64,000 bases of DNA from an uncultured Rhabdochlamydiaceae bacterium (GTDB lineage: Bacteria; Chlamydiota; Chlamydiia; Chlamydiales; Rhabdochlamydiaceae): positions 544,001 through 608,000 of the forward strand of contig CAVQHD010000001.1 in the NCBI GenBank assembly GCA_963712275.1, given 5' to 3'. The notes under the pieces are model-generated. The model was not told the origin of the DNA, ran no database searches, and worked only from the letters and a program-made list of their open reading frames with translations. A program made the translations under genes and the position numbers. Positions 34,214 through 43,275 of the stretch are shown here, piece after piece; within the stretch, counting starts at the first letter, position 1, and every line of letters starts with the position of its first letter.

Positions 34214-34371
34214 CAAATGCCAAGATCCTCAAATAGCTCAGCTAGGCTATCGAATTTTTTTAGCCCTTTTCTTTGTTCAGACATTTTTAATGTCTTTTCT
34301 GTTACCTTATTGAACTTTTTTTCTTTAAGGTTTTCGCAGATCTTCTTTTCACTAATTAATTTATAAGACAT
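34213..34371 (-). CDS. 52-aa small protein resembling the C-terminal half of RelB/DinJ antitoxins (not in ORF track)
   Basis: MSYKLISEKKICENLKEKKFNKVTEKTLKMSEQRKGLKKFDSLAELFEDLGI*; AGAGGA RBS; TGATG overlap with the cca start. Confidence 0.65.
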   Translation of the reverse strand: MSYKLISEKKICENLKEKKFNKVTEKTLKMSEQRKGLKKFDSLAELFEDLGI

Positions 34372-34414
34372 GGCATCCTCTTTTTCGTTATCATATCAGA
34401 TGGTAGGATAGTTT

Positions 34415-36034
34415 ATGGCGAAAATTCGGGTTCTGAACGAAGCAACGATCAATCAAATTGCAGCGGGAGAGGTAATTGAAAACCCTTCCTCTGTGGTGAA
34501 GGAGCTTGTTGAAAATAGCCTTGATGCAGGGGCGGCTCGGATTTGGATCGAAATTCGAGGGGGAGGCTTTGAGCTCATTCAGGTGGCAGATGACGGGTCG
34601 GGCATGAGCCGAGACGATGCAGTGCTTTGTTTTGAGCGGCATGCCACTTCGAAGATGGGGCACATTGACGATTTAAGTTCTCTCTGCTCAATGGGATTTC
34701 GGGGAGAGGCTTTAGCTTCCATTGCGGCGATCTCTCGAACAGAGCTGATTTCAGCAGAAGAGGGAAAGGATGCGACGGAGGTCAAAGTTGAGGGGGGTGT
34801 GATTCGAGATGTTCATCCTGCTTCCAGGTCGCGAGGGACAACGATCATTGTTCGCTCCCTTTTTTATAATGTTCCCGCTCGAAAAAAGTTTCAGAAGTCA
34901 GTAGCAGCTTCCACATCTGCTATTCATAAGCTTCTGTTTTCACAAGCGCTTGCTCATCCGGAAGTGGGATTTGAACTAATTGCCGGTGGCAAGACTCTCT
35001 TAAGCTTAGCCCCTGAGAGCCATCTCTCCCCCGCAATTCGACTTAAAAATCGGATTGAAACGGTGTTCGATCCCTCTTTTATTCAAGGGTGCCGGCCTGC
35101 TTCTCTGGAAGAATCGGGGCACCGGCTTCACGGTTTTTTAGGAGCCCCTGCACACGATCGGATCAACCGCTCAGGTCAGTATTTGTATATCAATAGGCGC
35201 ACTGTGGTCTCCCCTCTTGTTTCTTCAGCTGTTAAAATGGGGTATGGACACCGATTGAATGAACAGCGGTATCCGGTCTTTGTGTTGCACCTCTCTATTC
35301 CTCCAGAGCTTCTCGATGTAAATGTTCATCCGCAAAAACGGGAAGTTCGATTCCAGAATGAAGAATGGGTGAGGCAGTTTTTGAAGACAGCAATCCAGAC
35401 TGCTTTTTTAGACAAAGAAGAGCCTTCCCAGCGACCGAATTTTGTTTGGAGCGGTGAGAGGGGCCAACCAGAAATCCCTTCTCTGCAATTTCGGGAAGAA
35501 AAGCAGCAGGGGGTTGTGACTTGGATTGAAGAGCCTGAGGTGATTGGGCTCTATGCTCATTACCTTTTGCTCGATGGAGCAACGGTTCCAGGAAAGGGAG
35601 AGGGAATTGTATGGGTTAACTTGCAAAAAGCTGAAGAAGCGATGCTTTTAAAAAACTTGACGCAAGCCATTGGACATTCTCAAGGGCTTTTAATTCCGAT
35701 TCCTCTCTCTTTGAATCGAGAAGAGCAAGCAAGCCTCGAAAATCTGCAATCGGTGCTGAGGGACATGGGATTTGCTATTGAGCCAAGTGGGAAAGAAAAC
35801 TATCTGATTCAAGCGATCCCTTCATGGCTTGAAGCAGGCGATGCGGTGGAAGCGGCCCTACTTGCTTTGCAAGGGGAAGACATGCATAAAAAGCTTGCTG
35901 CATTTGCCGTGAGAAAGAAAAAACGTTTTATGATACAAGAGGCATTAGCTCTCTGGCAGCAGGTAAAAAATAGTGTTAATCCAGAGATCATCGCAACAAT
36001 AGGTCCCCATGAAATCGAACATCTATTCCGATAG
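34415..36034 (+). CDS. mutL: DNA mismatch repair protein MutL
   Basis: NQIAAGEVIE, RHATSK, GFRGEAL, DVNVHPQKREV. Confidence 0.95.
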   Translation: MAKIRVLNEATINQIAAGEVIENPSSVVKELVENSLDAGAARIWIEIRGGGFELIQVADDGSGMSRDDAVLCFERHATSKMGHIDDLSSLCSMGFRGEALASIAAISRTELISAEEGKDATEVKVEGGVIRDVHPASRSRGTTIIVRSLFYNVPARKKFQKSVAASTSAIHKLLFSQALAHPEVGFELIAGGKTLLSLAPESHLSPAIRLKNRIETVFDPSFIQGCRPASLEESGHRLHGFLGAPAHDRINRSGQYLYINRRTVVSPLVSSAVKMGYGHRLNEQRYPVFVLHLSIPPELLDVNVHPQKREVRFQNEEWVRQFLKTAIQTAFLDKEEPSQRPNFVWSGERGQPEIPSLQFREEKQQGVVTWIEEPEVIGLYAHYLLLDGATVPGKGEGIVWVNLQKAEEAMLLKNLTQAIGHSQGLLIPIPLSLNREEQASLENLQSVLRDMGFAIEPSGKENYLIQAIPSWLEAGDAVEAALLALQGEDMHKKLAAFAVRKKKRFMIQEALALWQQVKNSVNPEIIATIGPHEIEHLFR

Positions 36035-37049
36035 AATGCAGTCTGTTTTTAAAAGTTGCCGAAATGTCGATGCTATCCTCATTGAAAAACCGGTCGATCT
36101 GTTTTATTTGACAGGTCTTGAACTCTCGGCAGGAACCCTTTTCATTTCTAAAAAGGGCGGGTATCTGCTTGTCGACGGGAGGTACATCGGCTTTGCAGAG
36201 AAAAAAGGGGTTTGCCCCTGCGAACTAACCTCTTCCGAAAGCTTTAAAAAAATGGCAGCCTCCTTTTCTAACCTCGGGTTTGATTGCTGCGCGACTTCTT
36301 TTGCAAGGTGGGAGGAGCTTAAAAACCTCACAAAAAAACAGTTGATTCCTCTTAAAAGACCAACCGATGCCACTCGAGTCATCAAGAGCCGCGCCGAACT
36401 GAAAGCTCTTAAACAAAGCGCAGCTCTTCTTTGGAAAGGGTACGAATACCTCAAAAAAAGCCTCAAAGTTGACATCACAGAACGAGAGATTGCAACTCTG
36501 TTTGAACTCTTTTGTTTAGAGCGCGGGGCGGAAAAGGTTGGATTTGAGCCAATTGTCGCCTTTGGAAAAAATTCTGCTTTCCCCCATTACCGTGCGGGGG
36601 CGGGGCGTCTTAAGAAAGGGGATGTCGTGCTTTTAGATCTTGGTGTTGTTGTAAACCATTACCACTCTGACATGACGCGCACGTTGTTTTTCGGCAGGCC
36701 CGATCCCCGCTTAGTCATCTTTGAAGCAGCCGTGAAGGAAGCACATGATGCGGCGCTCCTTCAGTGCCGCCCCGGAGTTAAAGTGGGAGAGCTCGATAGG
36801 ATCTCTCGCCGTGTGATTGAAAAGGCAGGACTGGAGTCTTATCTGGCACATACGCTTGGCCATGGCGTTGGTCTTGAGATTCATGAGTTTCCACGCCTTA
36901 AAGAAAAAGGGGAAGATCATGATGTACTTCTCCAAGAAGGAATGGTAATCACGATTGAACCAGGGCTTTACTGGCCAGGGGTTGGCGGGATACGATACGA
37001 AGATACGATTGTCATTACACGCACCGGTTATGAGAACTGGTATCCTTAG
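36009..37049 (+). CDS. pepP: Xaa-Pro aminopeptidase (M24)
   Basis: DGRY, YHSDMTRT, HTLGHGVGLEIHE, TIEPG, GIRYED. Confidence 0.9.
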   Translation: MKSNIYSDRMQSVFKSCRNVDAILIEKPVDLFYLTGLELSAGTLFISKKGGYLLVDGRYIGFAEKKGVCPCELTSSESFKKMAASFSNLGFDCCATSFARWEELKNLTKKQLIPLKRPTDATRVIKSRAELKALKQSAALLWKGYEYLKKSLKVDITEREIATLFELFCLERGAEKVGFEPIVAFGKNSAFPHYRAGAGRLKKGDVVLLDLGVVVNHYHSDMTRTLFFGRPDPRLVIFEAAVKEAHDAALLQCRPGVKVGELDRISRRVIEKAGLESYLAHTLGHGVGLEIHEFPRLKEKGEDHDVLLQEGMVITIEPGLYWPGVGGIRYEDTIVITRTGYENWYP

Positions 37050-38076
37050 AGCACTTTTCTTTCGTAAGGAGAAAGAATCAATCCTCGATCTGCTCATGGA
37101 AGGGGTCATGGTCTTGGATGGCGCAGGAGTCATCCGTTACGTGAATCGCGCCTTTGCAAAGCTTGTCTCTCTTTCTAGAAGCGAGCTCCTTAACTCTTCT
37201 ATCGCCCTTTCTAAAAAAGAGCCTTTAGTGCGCATCCACGCCTTGATGACACTTGCTCAGCGCCAAAAGACAATCATCACAGATTCAATGACATTAGAAG
37301 AAGAACAGACAATCTTTCTTGATTTGATCGTCGTCCCTAAGCAGAAAAAAGGAGCCGTCATCCTTCTTCAAGACAAATCGAGCCAGCACCAAGTCGTTGA
37401 AATGGGAAAAGAGTTTATTGCGAATGTCTCTCACGAGCTCCGAACCCCACTGACGATCATTAGAGGGTTTGCAGAGACTCTCCAAGATATGCCGCTTCTT
37501 TCACGACCCATGGTGACTGAAATCGTTGAAAAAATTGTACGAAATTGCGAACGAATGAACACTCTTGTTAAAAATCTTCTCACCCTATCTGACCTTGAAC
37601 ATGTCCCTCACTTCCGTTTTCAGTCGTGCGATCTAGTTGCTCTTGCAGATCGATGCAAAGACCTTCTTCTGACGCTGGCGCCAAAGACACAAATCAAGAT
37701 TGAAAAGACAAAGGAGTCCATCCTCATCGATGGTGATGCCGATCTCTTAGAGCTTGCTCTGATGAACCTCTTAGAAAATGGTGTGAAATATTCAACTCCG
37801 CCAGCGCATCTCACGATTGCGCTTGATCACAAGGAGAATAACGTCATTATTGCGATCCAAGATCAGGGAATCGGGATTTCTGCCCAAGATCTTCCCCATA
37901 TTTTCGAGCGGTTTTACACCGTCGACAAGAGCCACTCCAGGCGCCTTGGTGGAGCAGGGCTTGGGCTTTCCATTGTTAAAACAATTATTAACAAACACGA
38001 AGGTACTCTCGTCGTGGCATCCCAGCCCGGGCAAGGAACCACCTTTACGATCACCCTTCCTTGCAGCTGCCATTAG
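37030..38076 (+). CDS. PAS-domain sensor histidine kinase (PhoR-like), no adjacent response regulator
   Basis: NVSHELRTPLT, NLLENGVKY, DQGIGI, FERFY, GAGLGLSI. Confidence 0.9.
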   Translation: MRTGILRALFFRKEKESILDLLMEGVMVLDGAGVIRYVNRAFAKLVSLSRSELLNSSIALSKKEPLVRIHALMTLAQRQKTIITDSMTLEEEQTIFLDLIVVPKQKKGAVILLQDKSSQHQVVEMGKEFIANVSHELRTPLTIIRGFAETLQDMPLLSRPMVTEIVEKIVRNCERMNTLVKNLLTLSDLEHVPHFRFQSCDLVALADRCKDLLLTLAPKTQIKIEKTKESILIDGDADLLELALMNLLENGVKYSTPPAHLTIALDHKENNVIIAIQDQGIGISAQDLPHIFERFYTVDKSHSRRLGGAGLGLSIVKTIINKHEGTLVVASQPGQGTTFTITLPCSCH

Positions 38077-38156
38077 AAGGGCATTTTCAATAAAAAACTT
38101 GCCTGGAATTTAAGCAAGAAAAAGGATAGACTATTTGTTACTAACAAGGAAATTAT

Positions 38157-38762
38157 ATGACAACTTTACTGCAACCGCTTCAACGCGCAATCACAGAAGG
38201 AACTTGGACTGGTCTTGATGTGGCCTGGGGTCATTGGAACGGCGGGGCGCTTAACTATCTTTTAAATAAGAACGAAATGAAAAAAAATATTGTAACGCTT
38301 TTGTATTGTGCAATAGATGCTGCTGTCATAGCTAAGAGAGTGGATGACTTTAAACTTGGTAGACCTTATAATCGGGTTTTTCAAATCAGTCTCTTTGGTC
38401 TTACGGCTTTAAATGCGTATATAATTCTGTATCCACAAAATAAAATCCAAGCAGCGGTTTCATTCAAGATTCTGAATTATACGAAGAAGCTCTATGCAAT
38501 AGCCTATATTATTTTAACAGTTTTTGAATATCGCAAAAAGCCTGTCCAAACAGCAGTGAGTTTTGCAATGTATGGAGTTTGGGGAATTGTTTATAAGTCC
38601 TCTTTGATAGAGAAGCGTGTGGTGGGGTTTGGGCTTTTTGGGACTTCCATGCTTGCCCGTGCATGGATTGCTCATAAGGGAGAGCCGTTTGATAGAATCA
38701 TGGGTGTAACAACCCTGCTGTTGTTGGGAGGAATGTTGACAGGCGTTATCCGCAACAATTGA
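38157..38762 (+). CDS. Hypothetical multi-TM protein, paralog 1
   Basis: Shared N-terminus LLQPLQxxITEGTWTG; EYRKKPVQT. Confidence 0.7.
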   Translation: MTTLLQPLQRAITEGTWTGLDVAWGHWNGGALNYLLNKNEMKKNIVTLLYCAIDAAVIAKRVDDFKLGRPYNRVFQISLFGLTALNAYIILYPQNKIQAAVSFKILNYTKKLYAIAYIILTVFEYRKKPVQTAVSFAMYGVWGIVYKSSLIEKRVVGFGLFGTSMLARAWIAHKGEPFDRIMGVTTLLLLGGMLTGVIRNN

Positions 38763-39072
38763 GAACGCATCTTCTTGGCTTTGCACTAGGCCTGATAACA
38801 AGAGCCACTCCAGGCGTTCTTGACATTAAAAGAATGTTTTCAATTTTTTATAAAAATTCTAAAAAACCTAAAACTCCCTTTAAAGCTATCCTTGCATAGA
38901 AGGACAAGAAGTGATATCTCTGGAAGACTCATCGATTGGACCTCCTATATCACCCTTCCTTGCAGCCGCCCCTAGGGAGGATGAGGGAGGGGGTGTTTCA
39001 AGAAAAAATTTGCCTAGAATTTAAATAAGAAAAAGAGTATACTATTTCTTCAATAACAAAGGAATTACTTAT

Positions 39073-39705
39073 ATGACAACTTTACTGCAGCCCCTTCAGT
39101 GCGTAATCACAGAAGGAACTTGGACTGGCCTTGATGTGGCGAAAGGCTGCATTGCGGGATTGCCTCAGGTTGGTCTATTTTTAGATGAGATTCCGACGGT
39201 TTCAAAAATAGCATCCCTCAGACAGCTTATCGTGGGAGCGCATGTTCATGTGTTACTTAAGAGAGCAGCTCAGCTTAATCTTATTCAGCGATCTCCCTGG
39301 CTTTTATTGGGAGTCCCTATTTTTATCACAGCTTTAAATGGGTATGCAGTCTATCGAGATGAGAATCCACCTCTTTTTCCTGAGGGGGAAACTCTTTTCT
39401 CCCGAATTTCTTATAAAACATACACTTATACACCAAAGGTGTGTGCGATTGGAAATGCAGCCTTAGCTATCCTTGAATACCGTCAAAATCCGGTCGAAAC
39501 AGTTATGAATTTTACAGTGCAAGCGATTGAGTTGGGAATCAAAAGATACTTTTCTCGACATGTTGCCAATGTGAGAGATAGCACTAGCTTGGTGGCTTTG
39601 ATGTGGTTAGTCTATAAAGGGACTCCTAATGAGAAGCAAGCAAGTATAATAGGTCTAGCGTTCTTGGGCTATTGCCGCTGGAAGGGAATAAAAAGAATTG
39701 CATGA
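39073..39705 (+). CDS. Hypothetical multi-TM protein, paralog 2
   Basis: Same N-terminus; EYRQNPVET. Confidence 0.7.
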   Translation: MTTLLQPLQCVITEGTWTGLDVAKGCIAGLPQVGLFLDEIPTVSKIASLRQLIVGAHVHVLLKRAAQLNLIQRSPWLLLGVPIFITALNGYAVYRDENPPLFPEGETLFSRISYKTYTYTPKVCAIGNAALAILEYRQNPVETVMNFTVQAIELGIKRYFSRHVANVRDSTSLVALMWLVYKGTPNEKQASIIGLAFLGYCRWKGIKRIA

Positions 39706-40337
39706 CAGCTTTACAAACATCTTTGCTGCAACCGCTTCAACATGCAATCACGGAAGGAACCTGGACCGGGTGTGAGATAGCGTGGGGTTTTGCTCGCCGA
39801 GGAACGCTTAGACGGATTTTAAGTGAGGAGGTCCTGGAAAAAAATATTATAAAAATTTGTTACCAAGCACTAAATGCTGCTATTCACTCTAAGAGAATTG
39901 AAGATCTTAGGCTTGGCGGGTCTTATCGACGGATTTTTCAAGTTGGCCTCTTTGGTCTTACGACTTTAAATATCTATACAAGTCTGCGTCCGCAAGAGAA
40001 GAACCAAACAAAGGTTTCTAAACTGTGGAATTATACAGTCAGGTTATATGCAATAGTCAATATTGCCTTAGCAGTTTTTGAGTATCGCAAGAAACCTGTT
40101 CAAACAGCAGTGAATTTTGCAATGTTTGGGGTCGATCTAATTCTTGACAAAACTCTTTTGATGAAGAAGAGATCCAAGGTGTTTTGGGGGATTTTCGGGC
40201 TTGATATATTTGCCTCAGCATGGGTTGCCTATAAGGGGGAGACGTTGGATAAAATCGCAGGCGTATGGGGGGTATTGGTATATGGTTGGACATTTTATAA
40301 ATTTCTCCAAACACCCTCTAAGAACTCCCCTTCTTGA
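39702..40337 (+). CDS. Hypothetical multi-TM protein, paralog 3
   Basis: ATGA overlap with paralog 2; same motifs. Confidence 0.7.
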   Translation: MTALQTSLLQPLQHAITEGTWTGCEIAWGFARRGTLRRILSEEVLEKNIIKICYQALNAAIHSKRIEDLRLGGSYRRIFQVGLFGLTTLNIYTSLRPQEKNQTKVSKLWNYTVRLYAIVNIALAVFEYRKKPVQTAVNFAMFGVDLILDKTLLMKKRSKVFWGIFGLDIFASAWVAYKGETLDKIAGVWGVLVYGWTFYKFLQTPSKNSPS

Positions 40338-41187
40338 CTTCGCGTACAGCTCGAATTTTGACGCCGTCTTCCTTTAAAATTTGGGGCGCTCCTTTCTTTT
40401 TTTTGAATTCAAAAAGAACAGGCACAAGGTCTAATTTAATCCAGCACGCAGGGGCATTTTGAACGAGCTCTTGAAATTTATCTTTGTTGAGAGCGTCCCA
40501 TCGGCCGTGCTGCTGCCACTGGTTTTTTTCAAGATCGAGCACTTTTTGGGATAGTTCTTTTCCGAGGGCAGCTTGCAGGATGGGGGCTCTAGCATAACGA
40601 AAATGAATCGGAGGGGTCGATTGTTTTTCTAAACGGCAATATTCTGAGAGAGGGGGATAGCCTGTATTGGTTCCTTTTAATAGTTTGTAGTAAATTGCAT
40701 CAAGCTGTGGATCTTTTAAGGAGAGAGCTTCGAGCTTTTCTATTTTCTGAGAAACCATTTCTTGTACAAGGGTGAGAGCAATCTCTTTTGAGTAAAAAAA
40801 TGGTGATGAGCTGTATAAGTTGGTGATCAATTGAGCCACGATAGACTGAAGAGCTTTACTAGCCTCTGGATGGTTTCCATGAATCATCGGCCATAGGTTG
40901 ATCTTGCTTTCCTGGATTCCCATCAAGCGATCCCTTCGATGCTTTGTAAATTTCTTTTCCTGCTTCAGAGGCTTTTTCTTCCCCTGTTTCGGTTGAGCTG
41001 TTGTAGGTGGGGGTTTATTTTCTTCGTAGAGTTTTTTATTTTGGGAAGAGATGAGGCTGAGGTAAGCCTGATGATGGGAAAGAATCACTTCTTTTCCCCG
41101 CGCGGTTCCGATGACGGATGAGAACATGAAGGAGCTGATTACTGTAAGGAGGATGAGAAGAGAAACAACAAAAGGTAGAAAGTTCAT
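40318..41187 (-). CDS. Type II secretion minor pseudopilin-like protein (GspK-like)
   Basis: N-terminal TM, QESKINL motif, coupled to a prepilin-like gene. Confidence 0.5.
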   Translation of the reverse strand: MNFLPFVVSLLILLTVISSFMFSSVIGTARGKEVILSHHQAYLSLISSQNKKLYEENKPPPTTAQPKQGKKKPLKQEKKFTKHRRDRLMGIQESKINLWPMIHGNHPEASKALQSIVAQLITNLYSSSPFFYSKEIALTLVQEMVSQKIEKLEALSLKDPQLDAIYYKLLKGTNTGYPPLSEYCRLEKQSTPPIHFRYARAPILQAALGKELSQKVLDLEKNQWQQHGRWDALNKDKFQELVQNAPACWIKLDLVPVLFEFKKKKGAPQILKEDGVKIRAVREVKKGSS

Positions 41188-41693
41188 AAAAAAAGAGGAA
41201 GCTCTACTGTTTCATTGATGGATGTGATTAAAATCGCTTTCATCATGAACGGTTTTTTCTTGGGAAAAGAAGAGCTAAACTCTCCCTTGGCTTCATCAAA
41301 AAATAAAAGTGAAAACGTTTGAATCCCTTCATCAAAAATCTCAAGTCTAGGTTCTCCCTTTTCAGGCCAGGAGGTCAGTTTGAGTCTTTCATGATCAACG
41401 GTGAGTAGGCCTTTTAAGGCTCCTCGAAAATGGAAGTCGGGATCGATCCCTCCCTCATAGCGGAGACGATATCCCCCTTTTGAGTCAGACTCACAATTCT
41501 CTACAGATCGAAACAGGGAAGAGAGCCGAAGCATGAGCCGCTGCCTGCTAAGGACAATTTCTCTTTCTCGTCTAAGCTCTTTTTTAGTGAGGAGTGTTTG
41601 CTGAAACCCCATCAAAAGCATTCCTAGAATTAGCCCCATAATGGCAAGAGAAATCACCAATTCTAAAAGTAGGAAGGGACTTTTTCTTTGCAT
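41184..41693 (-). CDS. Prepilin-type N-terminal protein (GspJ-like pseudopilin)
   Basis: RKSPFLLLELVISLAIMGLILG (F+1, E+5). Confidence 0.65.
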   Translation of the reverse strand: MQRKSPFLLLELVISLAIMGLILGMLLMGFQQTLLTKKELRREREIVLSRQRLMLRLSSLFRSVENCESDSKGGYRLRYEGGIDPDFHFRGALKGLLTVDHERLKLTSWPEKGEPRLEIFDEGIQTFSLLFFDEAKGEFSSSFPKKKPFMMKAILITSINETVELPLFL

Positions 41694-41738
41694 GGTCTGA
41701 TGATGAGATGGAAACCGAATTTTCTTCAATCTCCCCTT

Positions 41739-43079
41739 TTAAGGTCGGCGAAAACGGGTTGATCGAGTTTTCCCAACTCGTCTAATTTTTCCTTGGCGGA
41801 TCAATGCGTTAATACGCCGAGTTGCCGTCGAGCGTGAAATTGATAAAAGGCTTTGAATTTGATCTAGGGTGACTTCAGGGTGGATATCGAATAATGCAAA
41901 AATGAGATCGACTTCAGTTTTTAATTTTTTTGACTTTTTCACTCTAGGAAGAATGCATTTAACATAGTTTTCTCCTTCGATAAGCTGAGGATCAACCAAG
42001 TTCCGCTTTTCATACGAATCGAAAATTGTGATGAGGCCTGATCCAATTTTCTCTACATAGCCGGCCTCGCGAAAAACTTTGCAGATCATTGGATTGCGAA
42101 GATAGGTGATTCCTGCTCGAGGGTTTTTTAAGTTTAGGGGTCCAGGGAACTGGCCAGGGCTGAAGATCTCAATCCTATTTTCATAAATAGCAATCTTCGT
42201 TGGTGCTAAGATATGATAATTTCGATGGACAATGGCGTTTAATAAAGCTTCCCGTATGGCAACTGGAGGAATTTCCAATAGCTCAGTTCTTCGTGCTGAT
42301 TGGATTTTATAAGAGCGTGAAAGACGGCTTAAAATAAAATTTTCCGCCTGATGAAACTGATTAAAGAGATCTCCCTCACAGTCAATGGTAGCAAGCGCTT
42401 CACGTCCTGAAATTCCTTTAAAATGGGAGCAGATGATCATCGCTTCGCTCAAGAATTGCTGGGGATTTTTCCCAAATAGCAAAAGACCTGCTGTTGTTGC
42501 ATAAACTTTGGTATGCTCCTCGGCAATCAGATCATAGGCCTTAAGAGCAGCCTTGCTAGGTTCCATCTGGCCAGCATTCTTCCTATTCTTAAGGAACTGC
42601 CCGAACTTGTTTAGATCGATTGCTTCTTCACTTGCTCGATGCTGGGCCATCGTCTCAAAGGAAAGACCGCTTGATTGCCACTCGAGCTCTTGAATGAGTT
42701 CGGGCGTGGCTCGTAGAGTGCTTCGTCCGAGGCGGATGTAAGTCCCCTTTTCTCTACCCTCAGATTTGCGGTAGTAAGGTTTGTTCATGCCAGGGGAGAC
42801 TTCTATTTCAAGGACGCTTTTTTCATCGAATCGTCTGGAAAAAACACGGGGAATGATAGGGGGATATGTGGCCTCAAAGATGGCTTTTTCGATAGAATTC
42901 AGCGCATACTCAAGATCTTTGATGCTTAGACCTTCGATCTCTCCATTATCAGCGACGCCAATAATCAACTTTCCGCCATTTTGGTTACAAAAGCCAATGA
43001 CTGTTTTAAGGATCTGGTCATTCTTGGGAAGTTCTCTTTTGAACTCCATCATGGATGATTCTGATTCTGGATATCGCAT
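41739..43079 (-). CDS. AlbA_2 (Schlafen-like) + HATPase_c_4 + wHTH protein
   Basis: ESSMMEFKRE, GFCNQNGGKLIIGVADNG, REALLNAIVHRNY, IEIFSPG, RNP, C-terminal HTH. Confidence 0.85.
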   Translation of the reverse strand: MRYPESESSMMEFKRELPKNDQILKTVIGFCNQNGGKLIIGVADNGEIEGLSIKDLEYALNSIEKAIFEATYPPIIPRVFSRRFDEKSVLEIEVSPGMNKPYYRKSEGREKGTYIRLGRSTLRATPELIQELEWQSSGLSFETMAQHRASEEAIDLNKFGQFLKNRKNAGQMEPSKAALKAYDLIAEEHTKVYATTAGLLLFGKNPQQFLSEAMIICSHFKGISGREALATIDCEGDLFNQFHQAENFILSRLSRSYKIQSARRTELLEIPPVAIREALLNAIVHRNYHILAPTKIAIYENRIEIFSPGQFPGPLNLKNPRAGITYLRNPMICKVFREAGYVEKIGSGLITIFDSYEKRNLVDPQLIEGENYVKCILPRVKKSKKLKTEVDLIFALFDIHPEVTLDQIQSLLSISRSTATRRINALIRQGKIRRVGKTRSTRFRRP

Positions 43080-43093
43080 GCATTTAACTCATT

Positions 43094-43235
43094 TGATTCA
43101 ATTTTGAGTCAACCCCTCATTTTGAGTCAAATGATTTAAATTGACATGGACTGATTTGAGTCATTTGAGTCACGCGGTTTTGACATGATTCAAATTAAGT
43201 GATTTATAGTCAATAGGTTATATTACTTTGAATCA
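43094..43235. promoter_or_regulatory. Cluster of seven TGAnTCA palindromes upstream of the AlbA_2 gene
   Basis: Copies at 43094, 43105, 43123, 43157, 43166, 43186, 43229. Confidence 0.55.
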
Positions 43236-43275
43236 CCCATTGGAAAAATGAGGCGGTCGGCGGGGTTAACATTTT

